A DNA stretch of 64,000 nucleotides, from assembly GCA_015062495.1 (NCBI GenBank), contig SUUN01000001.1, positions 19,881 through 83,880 of the forward strand. The letters run 5' to 3'. How positions within the stretch are numbered: position 1 is the stretch's first letter; every line of letters starts with the position of its first letter. Position numbers and translations under genes: made by a program. Shown here piece by piece: positions 18,948 through 28,383 of the stretch. This DNA is from Alphaproteobacteria bacterium. Lineage in GTDB: Bacteria; Pseudomonadota; Alphaproteobacteria; Rs-D84. The notes under the pieces were generated by a model that saw only the letters and a list, made by a program, of their open reading frames with translations, was not told where the DNA came from and searched no databases.

Positions 18948-20207
18948 ATGAAAAACGTAAAATTACCAGAATTGTTGGCACCGGCGGGGACGTTGGACGC
19001 CTTTAAAACCGCCATTTTATATGGTGCGGATGCGATTTATGCGGGATTGCCCGGGTTTTCAATGCGCGCGCGTGCAAAGATTGATGTCGAAGGGGTGCGC
19101 CAGGGTATTGAGTTGGCGCATGCGGCGGGGAAAAAAGTCTATTTGGCATTTAACCTGTTCGCGCATGATTATGAGTATGCAAATATGCCACGAGTGGCAG
19201 AGATTATTCGGCATCTAAATCCGGATGCGTTAATTGTATCTGATCCGGGGATTGTTATGTGGGTGCGGGAAAATTTCCCCAATATGCCGATACACATTTC
19301 AACCCAGGCAAATATTTGTTCGGCAAAAACGGTGAAATTCTGGCAAAATGCGGGGGCGAAGTTGTGCGTCCTGGCGCGCGAGGTGTCGCACAATGAATTT
19401 AAAAACATCCGTGCAGAATGTCCAGATGTCGGTCTGGAAATATTTGTCCATGGGGCGATGTGCATGTCGTATTCGGGGCGGTGTTTGCTGTCGAACTTTA
19501 TAACAGGGCGACCGGCAAACCGTGGTGCGTGTGCGCAACTGTGTCGGTGGAAGTATGATGTAATCTTGCGTGAGCGCGAATCTGGCGTTGAAATGCCAAT
19601 CGAAGAAGACGCGCGTGGTGCGTATATCATGAATTCCAAAGATTTGTGCCTGATGCCGCGGTTGGCAGATGTTGTGGCGGCAGGGCCAGATTCATTAAAA
19701 ATCGAAGGACGCAATCGGTCGGAATACTATGTGGGGTCGGTTGTTCATGCGTATCGTTGCGCGTTGGATGCGTATGCGGCCAATCCAGATAATTTTGATC
19801 CTGCGCCGTTTATGGACAGTTTGAACCGGTTGGAAACACGCGGGTATACAACGGCATTCTTTGACGGGCCGGTTGGGGCGGATGCGCATAACTATGAAAC
19901 AACACGCAGTACGTCGAACTGGCACGCGGCGGGTGTGATTGTGGCGACGGATGATGAAAATATAACGTTTGAGTTACGTAATGAAACGCGCGTGGGCGAT
20001 GAAATCACATTTATTTTACCAGGGACGATGGATTCTGTGACGGTTAAATTGACCGAATTAATCAACGCCAAGAATGGTGAACGTGTGGAAAAGTTGGCGG
20101 CCGGTATGGGCAATTCGATTTTGATTCCGCGGACGTGGTTGGGGGATGCGCATGCGGATAAATTTGTACCATATGTTTTGGCGTACAAGGCCAAGTATCG
20201 TAAATAA
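18948..20207 (+). CDS. trhP: Peptidase U32 family, TrhP/YegQ-like tRNA hydroxylation protein
   Basis: PELLAPAG, EIFVHGAMCMSYSGRCLLS, NRGACAQLCRW and SLKIEGR motifs. Confidence 0.85.
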   Translation: MKNVKLPELLAPAGTLDAFKTAILYGADAIYAGLPGFSMRARAKIDVEGVRQGIELAHAAGKKVYLAFNLFAHDYEYANMPRVAEIIRHLNPDALIVSDPGIVMWVRENFPNMPIHISTQANICSAKTVKFWQNAGAKLCVLAREVSHNEFKNIRAECPDVGLEIFVHGAMCMSYSGRCLLSNFITGRPANRGACAQLCRWKYDVILRERESGVEMPIEEDARGAYIMNSKDLCLMPRLADVVAAGPDSLKIEGRNRSEYYVGSVVHAYRCALDAYAANPDNFDPAPFMDSLNRLETRGYTTAFFDGPVGADAHNYETTRSTSNWHAAGVIVATDDENITFELRNETRVGDEITFILPGTMDSVTVKLTELINAKNGERVEKLAAGMGNSILIPRTWLGDAHADKFVPYVLAYKAKYRK

Positions 20208-20231
20208 AAAGACCGCCGTTTGGCGGTTTTG

Positions 20232-20972
20232 TTATTGTTGCCCCGCATAACTGCATGGGCTGTCCAATTCGAACGAACCAATATCGTCCCAGTATGTGCC
20301 CGCAGGCATAATGCATGCGGTTATTTTTATTGCGCCGATTCCAGTTGTAGTGCCATATGCGGGTGTTTTTTTATCGTCGCTATAATGACCCGAAATTTCG
20401 GGGCATCGTACGCATTTGTCGGAATCCATATAATATCCAATGTCGCAACCGCATGCAGACCAGGTATTCAGGTCGGGGGTGGTCGAATTGGCGATTGTGC
20501 ATTTTGTGCATGTGTTATAGTATTTATAATATCCCGCCTTGCATGCGGTAAAGGTTTTTAGAGGGGGGCTTTTGGTGGCGTCGTATTCAAAATATCCGAC
20601 GTCGTTTAAACCATAATATATGGCGTCTGGCAGATAGCATTGGTCGGCATTGGTGGCGCCGATGTTGCTGGTTTTGTATGCGATTTTGTCGCGCGCCGCG
20701 TTGGTGTATAACGTGTTGTTGTCAATGGTTGCGGCGGGACATTTTTCGCATGTTTTTGTGCCATAATATCCGGTATTGCACTTTAATCCCGCTGTATTTG
20801 AACAGGTGTCGTAAGTGGTGTAATCTGTGGGGCATTTTATGCATTCGTATTCTTTGGATTGTTCTGTTTCGAAATATGGGAAATATCCATCATTGCATTC
20901 TACGCTAAAGCCCGTTGCGTCGGTTATGCCGATGCACATTATTATGCCGATAATGGTGGCTGTGATTTTCAT
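20232..20972 (-). CDS. Secreted Cys-rich protein (GCC2/GCC3 / ephrin-receptor-like repeats)
   Basis: Signal peptide; CxxGYY..CxxCP repeats; C-terminal ITACIMPAG..D.GSF..C.Y module. Confidence 0.85.
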   Translation of the reverse strand: MKITATIIGIIMCIGITDATGFSVECNDGYFPYFETEQSKEYECIKCPTDYTTYDTCSNTAGLKCNTGYYGTKTCEKCPAATIDNNTLYTNAARDKIAYKTSNIGATNADQCYLPDAIYYGLNDVGYFEYDATKSPPLKTFTACKAGYYKYYNTCTKCTIANSTTPDLNTWSACGCDIGYYMDSDKCVRCPEISGHYSDDKKTPAYGTTTGIGAIKITACIMPAGTYWDDIGSFELDSPCSYAGQQ

Positions 20973-20998
20973 GTGTCGTCCCCCCGTGGTTGGTTGTT

Positions 20999-21237
20999 AA
21001 ACAAAACCACCAAAAAACTGTATGGTGGTCGGGGTGTTAGAAAAATCATGAAAAAGAGTGATCCCGTCGGCCTTTGGGGCGAAACGCCCCTGTGGTATAA
21101 CCGACGGCACCCCGACAATACGACGGGAAAGACACAAACAATTTTGTGTTTGCGTGTATATGGATTACAGTATTTGTTATCATACCGCTTTTTCATAGGC
21201 TTTTCTAAGGCCCCGAATACACATCCCTGTATATTCA
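20999..21237 (-). promoter_or_regulatory. Structured leader/attenuator copy L4 (long type)
   Basis: Promoter TTGCAC-17-TATACT. Sense strand contains ACAGGGATG, TTCGGGGCCTTAGAAAA, GTCGGGGTG and TTTTCTAACACCCCGAC. Terminator ACCACCA..TGGTGGT-TTTGTTT. Confidence 0.8.
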
Positions 21238-21338
21238 TAAGTAAGTATAATTTATAAAAAGCCCCAGTGCAATTACTTTGCTAAATAAATGTTTAGCAAA
21301 GTAAATACGGAATAAAAAATCCCCCAAACGGGGGATTT

Positions 21339-23552
21339 TTATTCGGAATAGTGGCAGTTTTCGCCATATTCCCAATTGCCGGTGTCATCGGATTCCGAAT
21401 AGCCCGCCGGGATAAAGCAATCGGTGATGGCGGCTGGGGTGTTGGTGGCTTGATCAAATGTTGTATGGGCAACAAATCCGCCCGATGTTGGGCACAGTTC
21501 TGCGCCTGCACCAATCCAATAGGTGGCGGTGCTTCTGTTTGAACCATCAAAAATTATATTTACTGCATCGGCGATGGTATATGTCCCGCCCGGGCAATAA
21601 TATCCATTTGGGCATGGAAAACATGGTTGTAGCCAAGAACCATATGTACTTGTGTTAAGCGCGGCAAAAGTTCCGGGTTGGCATGTGATTGCTGCGGATG
21701 ATACATAACATGATGAACTGCTGCCCATATTCCCGGGACATATAGCGCAAGAAGCGGTCCCAGCCCTGCCAAATGTATTGTAATATGCCCCTTCGGTATA
21801 TACACCGTTGGTTGGCAGTGTTACGGTGCATGGCAGGCATGCATCCACCGATGTTGCGCCGGTTGTGCTGTTATATGTGCCCGCGGGACATGGATACATG
21901 CCGAACATGCCAACCGTTTCGAAAAATTGTGAAACACCGGGGCAATAATATCCCTTGGGACAGGTGTCGCATTTGGCGTCGGTGGTAGAGTTTGATTTGT
22001 AAAAATACGTTCCGGCGGCACAGGTTGTGACGCTGGTGGCGGCGACACAGGTGTTGCCACTTTTTACATATCCATCGTCACAGGTAAAGTATAAGGTTGT
22101 GCCACAATCGCATCCGGACGAGCATGAATAACAGTCGCTTTTGCTGTCTGAACCGGTGGGTGAAGTTCCCGTGTCGCAAATATAATAACAGTCATGTGCA
22201 TTGTCGGGACATGTGGCGGTTTTTTGCATGGTTGAATATCCGCAACTTTTCCGTCCCTGAAAGGTATCGCCACCAACGGTGTATGTTACGCCGGGACAGT
22301 AATAGCCCGCATCACATTCATCGCAACTTTCGCTGCCATCATAATAGTATTTGCCGGCGGGGCATGTGCCGGTTGTTGGCTCGGTTTCGTCGGCTGTCCA
22401 ATTGGCATAGTATGTTTTGTTGCCGGTTGTGCTGGTTGAAATGCTTGTTGCCTTGGTTGAACCGGTGGATGTTGTGTACCAACCATCAAATGTATAGCCC
22501 GAACAAGATGCCGGGGTTGGCAATGTGACTGGCAGGCTGGATGCCGTATATGTTGTCGGGGTCAGGCCGGATACCGAACATGACGATGGTGCGCCAGACT
22601 GTTTGGAATATGTGATGGTGTACGATGTTTCAACAGCCTGGCATGCAGTAGAAGTTGTTGTCGTAGAACCGCCCGCCAGACCTGTTGTTGTATAGCCAGA
22701 ATTACATGTACACGATGTTGCCGTTGCTGATGATGCAGATGAATTGCTGGGGCAAGTTTTACATGTGCCACTGGACAGAAATTGAGTTGTACTGGTACAC
22801 GATGTGTATGTCTTTGTGCCATCGTCGGTATCGTAAGTAAAAGCACCCGTACTATCTGTGCCATATGCTGTGCCACCGGCTGGTATGCTGCATGCGGCAC
22901 TGGATGTTGCGCCCGTGGATGATGTTGTGGTGTAAAATGGTGATTGATAGGCGTTTGTTGTGTACAGCAGGTTTCCTTCGTCATCTTCTGCCTGGGGACA
23001 ACGAGTACATCCATAATAATTACTGGACGTGCCTATTATTAGGTTTCTGTAATAGCCCTTGGCACAGGTAAGTGTTGAACCCGAGCATGTCGCATAAGAA
23101 CCAGATGATGGACATGGTGCGCATATGTTGTTATATTTATAATAGCCAGAGTTACAGGTGAATGTTGAACTATTGCCACCCGGACATGTTGCATTGTCGG
23201 GACATTTGGTACAGCCAGATGTTCCAGACGAGTTCGCCGTACCGTAATAACCACTGGCACATTTATATGTTGGGGCCCCCAAGGAACACGAACATTGAAA
23301 TTTTGTAGTGCCATTACAGAAATAGCCCGGTTCATTTACGGTGGTTGCCACATAGCCGCCAAGTGTAGTGGTTGTCGTTACGCAAGTGTTGCAGAAATCA
23401 TCGTTGCAATAATAATCATCAGGGGTCGCGTTTGGGCAACCGCTTAGTCCCGCATTCGCACCCGTTAATGGATAGCAAACGGTTGATGCGCCCCATGCCG
23501 TTGTGCCAAGGCAAATTGCCAATGTGGTGAATAGTATGGAAAGTTTTTTCAT
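21339..23552 (-). CDS. Secreted Cys/Thr-rich protein with ephrin-receptor-like repeats and an InlB B-repeat (Listeria-Bacteroides repeat)
   Basis: Signal peptide AWG; many CPAGxY repeats; YTFDGWYTT...NKTYYANW B-repeat; C-terminal ITDCFIPAG..DDTGNW..C.Y. Confidence 0.85.
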   Translation of the reverse strand: MKKLSILFTTLAICLGTTAWGASTVCYPLTGANAGLSGCPNATPDDYYCNDDFCNTCVTTTTTLGGYVATTVNEPGYFCNGTTKFQCSCSLGAPTYKCASGYYGTANSSGTSGCTKCPDNATCPGGNSSTFTCNSGYYKYNNICAPCPSSGSYATCSGSTLTCAKGYYRNLIIGTSSNYYGCTRCPQAEDDEGNLLYTTNAYQSPFYTTTSSTGATSSAACSIPAGGTAYGTDSTGAFTYDTDDGTKTYTSCTSTTQFLSSGTCKTCPSNSSASSATATSCTCNSGYTTTGLAGGSTTTTSTACQAVETSYTITYSKQSGAPSSCSVSGLTPTTYTASSLPVTLPTPASCSGYTFDGWYTTSTGSTKATSISTSTTGNKTYYANWTADETEPTTGTCPAGKYYYDGSESCDECDAGYYCPGVTYTVGGDTFQGRKSCGYSTMQKTATCPDNAHDCYYICDTGTSPTGSDSKSDCYSCSSGCDCGTTLYFTCDDGYVKSGNTCVAATSVTTCAAGTYFYKSNSTTDAKCDTCPKGYYCPGVSQFFETVGMFGMYPCPAGTYNSTTGATSVDACLPCTVTLPTNGVYTEGAYYNTFGRAGTASCAICPGNMGSSSSCYVSSAAITCQPGTFAALNTSTYGSWLQPCFPCPNGYYCPGGTYTIADAVNIIFDGSNRSTATYWIGAGAELCPTSGGFVAHTTFDQATNTPAAITDCFIPAGYSESDDTGNWEYGENCHYSE

Positions 23553-23582
23553 CTCTTTTAACCCTCGTGTTTTTTTTGTTGT

Positions 23583-23829
23583 AAAACATGGCCACCAAAT
23601 GTGGTGGTTGGGTCATCAGAAAAATTATGAAAAAGAACATCAACGACGGTGTATAAAATCAACCGTGTGATTTTTTATAATCAACAACATTCCCCCGATA
23701 AGCACGTCGGGGCAAAATACAAACGTTCGCATGCGCGTAACGATTGCGTGTGTGGATTCCAGTACTTGTTATCATACCGCTTTTTCATAGGCTTTTCTAA
23801 GGCCCTGAATGCATGTCCCCATGCACTCG
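23583..23829 (-). promoter_or_regulatory. Structured leader/attenuator copy L5 (long type, weaker terminator)
   Basis: Promoter TTGTTT-17-TATACT. A 40-nt block (23766-23805) is identical to L4 (21174-21213). CCCCGA..TCGGGG hairpin; terminator CCACCA-CATT-TGGTGG. Confidence 0.75.
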
Positions 23830-23889
23830 GTATTCAGTATAATTTATAAAATGGATAAAAACAAGGGTAAAAATTACCCTTGTTATCTT

Positions 23890-25059
23890 TTATTTGTTTT
23901 CCAGGATTGCAATGCCGGGCAGGGTGCGACCTTCGATAAATTCCAGGAATGCGCCACCGCCGGTGGATACATATGTTATATCGCCTTTTACCCCACATGC
24001 GGACAGGGCTGCGACCGTGTCTCCACCGCCGACGATACTGGTTAATTTGCCGGCGCGGGTTTGTTCGGCAATCGCGCGCGCCAATGCAAATGATCCGTAT
24101 GACCATGTTGGTGACCATTCCGCCATGCCAACTGTGCCGTTCCAGATTACTGTTTTCGCGTTGCGAATGGCCGCAACGTCGCGTTCGGTGGTCTGGATGC
24201 CGGCATCAATAATTACGTCGTCATCTTCGATTTGTGTAAAGTCTTTGTTGGTGCGGGCGGCGTCGCGTTCAAATGTTTTTGCGACCCCCTTGTCCAATGG
24301 TAATAATACATCGCAGTTGTTCTGTTTGGCGTATTCCAAAATTTCCAGGGCGGTGTCACGCTGGTCCGCTTCGTACAGGGAATTACCAACACGGCCGCCG
24401 GTTGCATAGTTGAACGTTGTGCCCAATGCACCGCCGATAATTAAGGTGTCGGACAGTTTGGCCAGGGCCTTTAATACGCCGATTTTGGTGGAAACCTTGC
24501 TGCCGGCGACAATGGATAATAATGGGCGTGATGGGTTTTCCATAACTGCGGTCAGGTGTTCAATTTCAGATGCCAACAATTTCCCCGCATATGACGGCAG
24601 GATTTCTGCCACACCAACAGTACTGGCGTGGGCGCGGTGTGATACCGCAAATGCATCGTTTACAAATATATCAAATCCCCGTGCCAGGTCGGCGGAAAAC
24701 GCAGGGTCGTTGGATTCTTCGCCTGCATAAAAGCGCACATTTTCCAGTAATACCACGTCGCCGTCGTGCATTTCGGTCATAAATGATTTATCCAGACAAT
24801 CAGGGATTAATTTAATTCCCATATAATCTGCGATTGGTTGCAGGGTGTATTCCATATTACGCGCACCCCGTGGGCGACCGCGGTGGGCAACAATCGCGAT
24901 GCGCGCGCCCAACGCACGCAGGGCGTTGATGGTTGGCATACTTTCGTCAATTCTGAACGGTTCGGTAATTGTGCCGTCTACGATTTGTACGTTAAAGTCG
25001 TCGCGCAGTAATACATATTTACCGCGTAAATCCAGATTTTCAATTGTGCGAAGTTTCAT
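23890..25059 (-). CDS. pgk: Phosphoglycerate kinase
   Basis: DFNV, AHRGRP, LLENVRF, NDAFAVSHRAHAS and STGGGAFLE motifs. Confidence 0.98.
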   Translation of the reverse strand: MKLRTIENLDLRGKYVLLRDDFNVQIVDGTITEPFRIDESMPTINALRALGARIAIVAHRGRPRGARNMEYTLQPIADYMGIKLIPDCLDKSFMTEMHDGDVVLLENVRFYAGEESNDPAFSADLARGFDIFVNDAFAVSHRAHASTVGVAEILPSYAGKLLASEIEHLTAVMENPSRPLLSIVAGSKVSTKIGVLKALAKLSDTLIIGGALGTTFNYATGGRVGNSLYEADQRDTALEILEYAKQNNCDVLLPLDKGVAKTFERDAARTNKDFTQIEDDDVIIDAGIQTTERDVAAIRNAKTVIWNGTVGMAEWSPTWSYGSFALARAIAEQTRAGKLTSIVGGGDTVAALSACGVKGDITYVSTGGGAFLEFIEGRTLPGIAILENK

Positions 25060-25666
25060 TCTTTATCCTTTCCTTAATCGGGCCAAAACTTTTTCGATAA
25101 TGTTCATTTATACCATATTGGTCAATCGCCTGCAAATGTGATTTCGTGGGGTATCCTGCGTTTTTGTCCCAGCCGTATTGGGGAAAACGCGTGGATAGGT
25201 CGTGCATTGTGCGGTCACGTGTTTCCTTGGCAATAATGGATGCGGCGGCGATTGATAATGATTTTGCGTCGCCACGGACGACGGCTGTGCCGACTAAATC
25301 GCGCGGCAATCTGTTCCCGTCGATTAAACAGTGGTCGGGCTTTGAATTTAATTTATCAATTGCACGCTTCATGGCGGTCATAGATGCCCACAGTATATTT
25401 AATTCGTCGATTTCAGCCGGACTGCATTCGGCAACCGCCCAGATTGTGTTCTGGGTTATCCAGTCGTATGCACGGGCGCGCATGGATGCGGTCATCTGTT
25501 TTGAATCGCGGATTATAACGGGAATTTCAATGTCATAGCGTGGGAAAATTACCGCCGCCGCCACAACCGGCCCACACAGGGGGCCACGGCCCGCTTCGTC
25601 CACGCCGGCAACCAATTTTGCACCACATGCGATTTCTAATGAAAAGTCAGGTGTTTGTATACTCAT
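25040..25666 (-). CDS. rnhB: Ribonuclease HII
   Basis: GVDEAGRGPLCGPVVAAAV, DSK, DGN and AAASIIAKETRD motifs. Start MSIQTP at 25666; overlaps the pgk start. Confidence 0.97.
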   Translation of the reverse strand: MSIQTPDFSLEIACGAKLVAGVDEAGRGPLCGPVVAAAVIFPRYDIEIPVIIRDSKQMTASMRARAYDWITQNTIWAVAECSPAEIDELNILWASMTAMKRAIDKLNSKPDHCLIDGNRLPRDLVGTAVVRGDAKSLSIAAASIIAKETRDRTMHDLSTRFPQYGWDKNAGYPTKSHLQAIDQYGINEHYRKSFGPIKERIKNETSHN

Positions 25667-25795
25667 GCCTGGAACAATAGCAAGAAACGCGCAGAAAATA
25701 AAATACTTTTTTGTTGACAAAAATAGCGTTTTGGAATATTGTCGTAGGCAATATAAAAAGCAGATTGATAACAATCAAAAACAAAGGTAAATATA

Positions 25796-26092
25796 ATGAC
25801 GCCAAAGCAAGAACTGATTAAATCAACAGAAGAATTGATAAAAAAATCGCAGGACAGTGAACGTGTGTCCCGGGTGGTTGGATATGGTGGTGTTGCAATT
25901 GGTGGTGCATGTATGTTGGCTGCAATTGCGATGGCAATTCGGGAAAATTATGATTGGACAGTAATTAATGGTTTGGTTGGGGCGTTGAACCTGTATCTGG
26001 GGGGCGCAAATATTCAGCGTGCCAAGACGTGCCGTGGTAATATTCAAAAACTGATTAAGTCAAAGCAGGAATTGGAAAAAATTAAATGGTAG
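25796..26092 (+). CDS. Small membrane protein (2 TM)
   Basis: Two hydrophobic Gly-rich helices; stop codon overlaps the start of the next radical SAM gene. Confidence 0.75.
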   Translation: MTPKQELIKSTEELIKKSQDSERVSRVVGYGGVAIGGACMLAAIAMAIRENYDWTVINGLVGALNLYLGGANIQRAKTCRGNIQKLIKSKQELEKIKW

Positions 26093-27117
26093 ATTCTTAT
26101 TCCAAGCGTATATCAGATATTATATATGATACGAAAAATTACGAGATTGAGGTACTGTTTTATTTAACCCAGCATTGTAATTTGGGGTGTCGTGGGTGTT
26201 ATATGCGTTCGTCGCCAAATGCACCCCGGAACGTGTTGCCGTATGATGATTTGGATTTTTATTTGAATCAATTTGATAATGTTCCAAATTTTACAAATAT
26301 GGTTACTTTTTCGGGCGGGGAAATTTTTACCGCGCCAATAAACTATGTGCGGACGTGTGCGAATATGGTTCTGGACCGTGGGTGGGGATTGCAGTTAAAG
26401 ACAAATGGTGCATGGGTTATGGATACACAAAAATGCGCCGATGTTATGAATATGTTGCAAAATTTGCAACCTGGGCGCGGAATGGTGGCCGACGAAAAAC
26501 AAATCCATGATTTCTTGCGCCGATATCCAAAATGGCTGTTGCGGGTTTGTGGTCGGTGGTTGTTGATGCGGAAAATGCCCACCACGTCAATGTTAAGTAT
26601 GGCGGTGTCTGTGGATGATAAATTGCACCCCGTCCAATCGGCGGATTGGTTTGTGAAAATTGCTGATCTGATTACAAACGACAAGAAATTGCGCAACAGG
26701 GTGAATTTAAAGACGTTCACAGTTGCAGATTCTGTGCCATTACTGGAATCACGTGTATTGAATAATCCAGATTTGAATGTGCAAAATTTTCAAAAAATGC
26801 CGGGTAAATGGGCCGCAAAATACAAGATAAATGGTGCGACGGTCGAATCGTATGTGGGGGATTTCGTGGATGTTGGTAATGTGCCAATGGAAAAAAAGTT
26901 GACCGAAATTGTTGTGCCACCATTGGGCGGGTCGCGTGGGCGTGTTGTTTATTGCTTTTACCCCGATGGTACGGTTGGGTTTGATTGTAATTATCTGGAA
27001 TCGGTTGGACGCGTTCCGTTCAAGACAGATACAGGAACATATAAATCATTTGCGCAAATTCAACATGATATACATGAAAAATTGGTTTCTGATTATGCAC
27101 GTGTAATTCAAAAATAA
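26086..27117 (+). CDS. Radical SAM protein (paralog of 14323-15492)
   Basis: CNLGCRGC, FSGGE, KTNG and VSVDD motifs. Confidence 0.85.
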   Translation: MVDSYSKRISDIIYDTKNYEIEVLFYLTQHCNLGCRGCYMRSSPNAPRNVLPYDDLDFYLNQFDNVPNFTNMVTFSGGEIFTAPINYVRTCANMVLDRGWGLQLKTNGAWVMDTQKCADVMNMLQNLQPGRGMVADEKQIHDFLRRYPKWLLRVCGRWLLMRKMPTTSMLSMAVSVDDKLHPVQSADWFVKIADLITNDKKLRNRVNLKTFTVADSVPLLESRVLNNPDLNVQNFQKMPGKWAAKYKINGATVESYVGDFVDVGNVPMEKKLTEIVVPPLGGSRGRVVYCFYPDGTVGFDCNYLESVGRVPFKTDTGTYKSFAQIQHDIHEKLVSDYARVIQK

Positions 27118-27150
27118 AACCCGCAGTTGCGGGTTTTATTTTTTTTTGGT

Positions 27151-27609
27151 TTAGAACGGTATGTCGTCACCAATGTCAGCCACAGAAATTTCTTCGCGTG
27201 GGGCAGATGCCGGGGTGGCGGATGCCGCATATTCAGAACCCGCGCCGTCCATAGATTTTGCACCGCTTAAAATAACCATCTGGCCGCCAAATGGGTTCAA
27301 GACAACTTCGGTTGTATAAACGTCTGCGCCGGATTGGTTTTGCCATTTGCGTGTGCGCAGAGAGCCTTCAAGATACAGTTTTGTGCCTTTCTGCAACATG
27401 CGTTCGGCAACCTCGACCAAATTGGGGTTAAAGATTACAACGCGATGCCATTCGGTTTGTTCTTTTTGTTCGCCGGTTGCGCGGTCGCGCCAACGATCAG
27501 ATGTCGCCAGGGAAAAACTGACCACCTTTTGACCGCTGCCCATGGTGCGAACCTGGGGTTCTTGGCCGATGTTTCCAACCAGTATGACTTTATTAATGCT
27601 TCCTGCCAT
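27151..27609 (-). CDS. ssb: Single-stranded DNA-binding protein
   Basis: [19 protein letters not shown] and C-terminal DDIPF. Confidence 0.98.
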   Translation of the reverse strand: MAGSINKVILVGNIGQEPQVRTMGSGQKVVSFSLATSDRWRDRATGEQKEQTEWHRVVIFNPNLVEVAERMLQKGTKLYLEGSLRTRKWQNQSGADVYTTEVVLNPFGGQMVILSGAKSMDGAGSEYAASATPASAPREEISVADIGDDIPF

Positions 27610-27741
27610 GTCACTTTCCTTTTAGTTTTTATTCATATGTTTGATTTGAGCAATTATAACCCTAAAAAGCAAGTCTTTTTTATATAGGACAAGAATGTCA
27701 AGAATACACACGTAAGCCAAATAAAAACAAGGAGATATAAA

Positions 27742-28383
27742 ATGATTTACGGCTATATACGTGTGTCAACAGACCATCAAACAACAGAAAACCAGCGTTT
27801 CGAAATCAAGCGTTTTTGCGAAAAACAAGATCTGGTCATAGATTGCTGGATAGAAGAGACGATTTCATCAACCAAGGATTTGAGCAAGCGAAAATTGGGA
27901 CGATTGCTGCGCCGGATTCAAAAAGATGACCTGATTATTGCGTCTGAATTGTCGCGATTGGGGCGTAATTTATTGCAAGTAATGAGTATTTTGCATCATT
28001 GTATGGATGTTGGGGCAAAAATCTGGACGATTAAGGATAATTACAGGCTGGGGGCTGATATTACGTCCAAAGTGTTGGCGTTTGCGTTCGGGTTGTCTGC
28101 GGAAATTGAACGAAATCTGATTTCGCAACGAACCAAAGAAGCGATTGCGCGTGTCAGGGCCGAAGGAAAACGTGTGGGACGGCCGCTGGGCAGTCGCAAT
28201 ACATATAAATTAGAGGGGCGCGAAAGATACATATCGCAAAAATTAGGTGATGGGCGTTCACGGTATGAAATCGCACGACGTCTGCGGGTGCATCGTGATA
28301 CATTGGCCCGGTTTATCGAAGACCGAGAAATTCAGCCAGAATGTAGTGTCGAACAAAACCAAACGCCGGTCTTAAAACTGTAA
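27742..28383 (+). CDS. mpi: Serine recombinase of the Mpi (master DNA invertase) family
   Basis: MIYGYIRVSTDHQTTENQRFEI, SELSRLGRNL, WTIKDNYRLG.DI.SKVLAFAFGLSAEIERNLISQRTKEA match the Bacteroides Mpi pattern closely. C-terminal HTH. Confidence 0.85.
   Translation: MIYGYIRVSTDHQTTENQRFEIKRFCEKQDLVIDCWIEETISSTKDLSKRKLGRLLRRIQKDDLIIASELSRLGRNLLQVMSILHHCMDVGAKIWTIKDNYRLGADITSKVLAFAFGLSAEIERNLISQRTKEAIARVRAEGKRVGRPLGSRNTYKLEGRERYISQKLGDGRSRYEIARRLRVHRDTLARFIEDREIQPECSVEQNQTPVLKL

Noticed and set aside
20232-23552. Diversity-generating retroelement acting on the Cys-rich genes
   Set aside because: No reverse transcriptase, and no template/variable repeat pair differing at adenines was seen.
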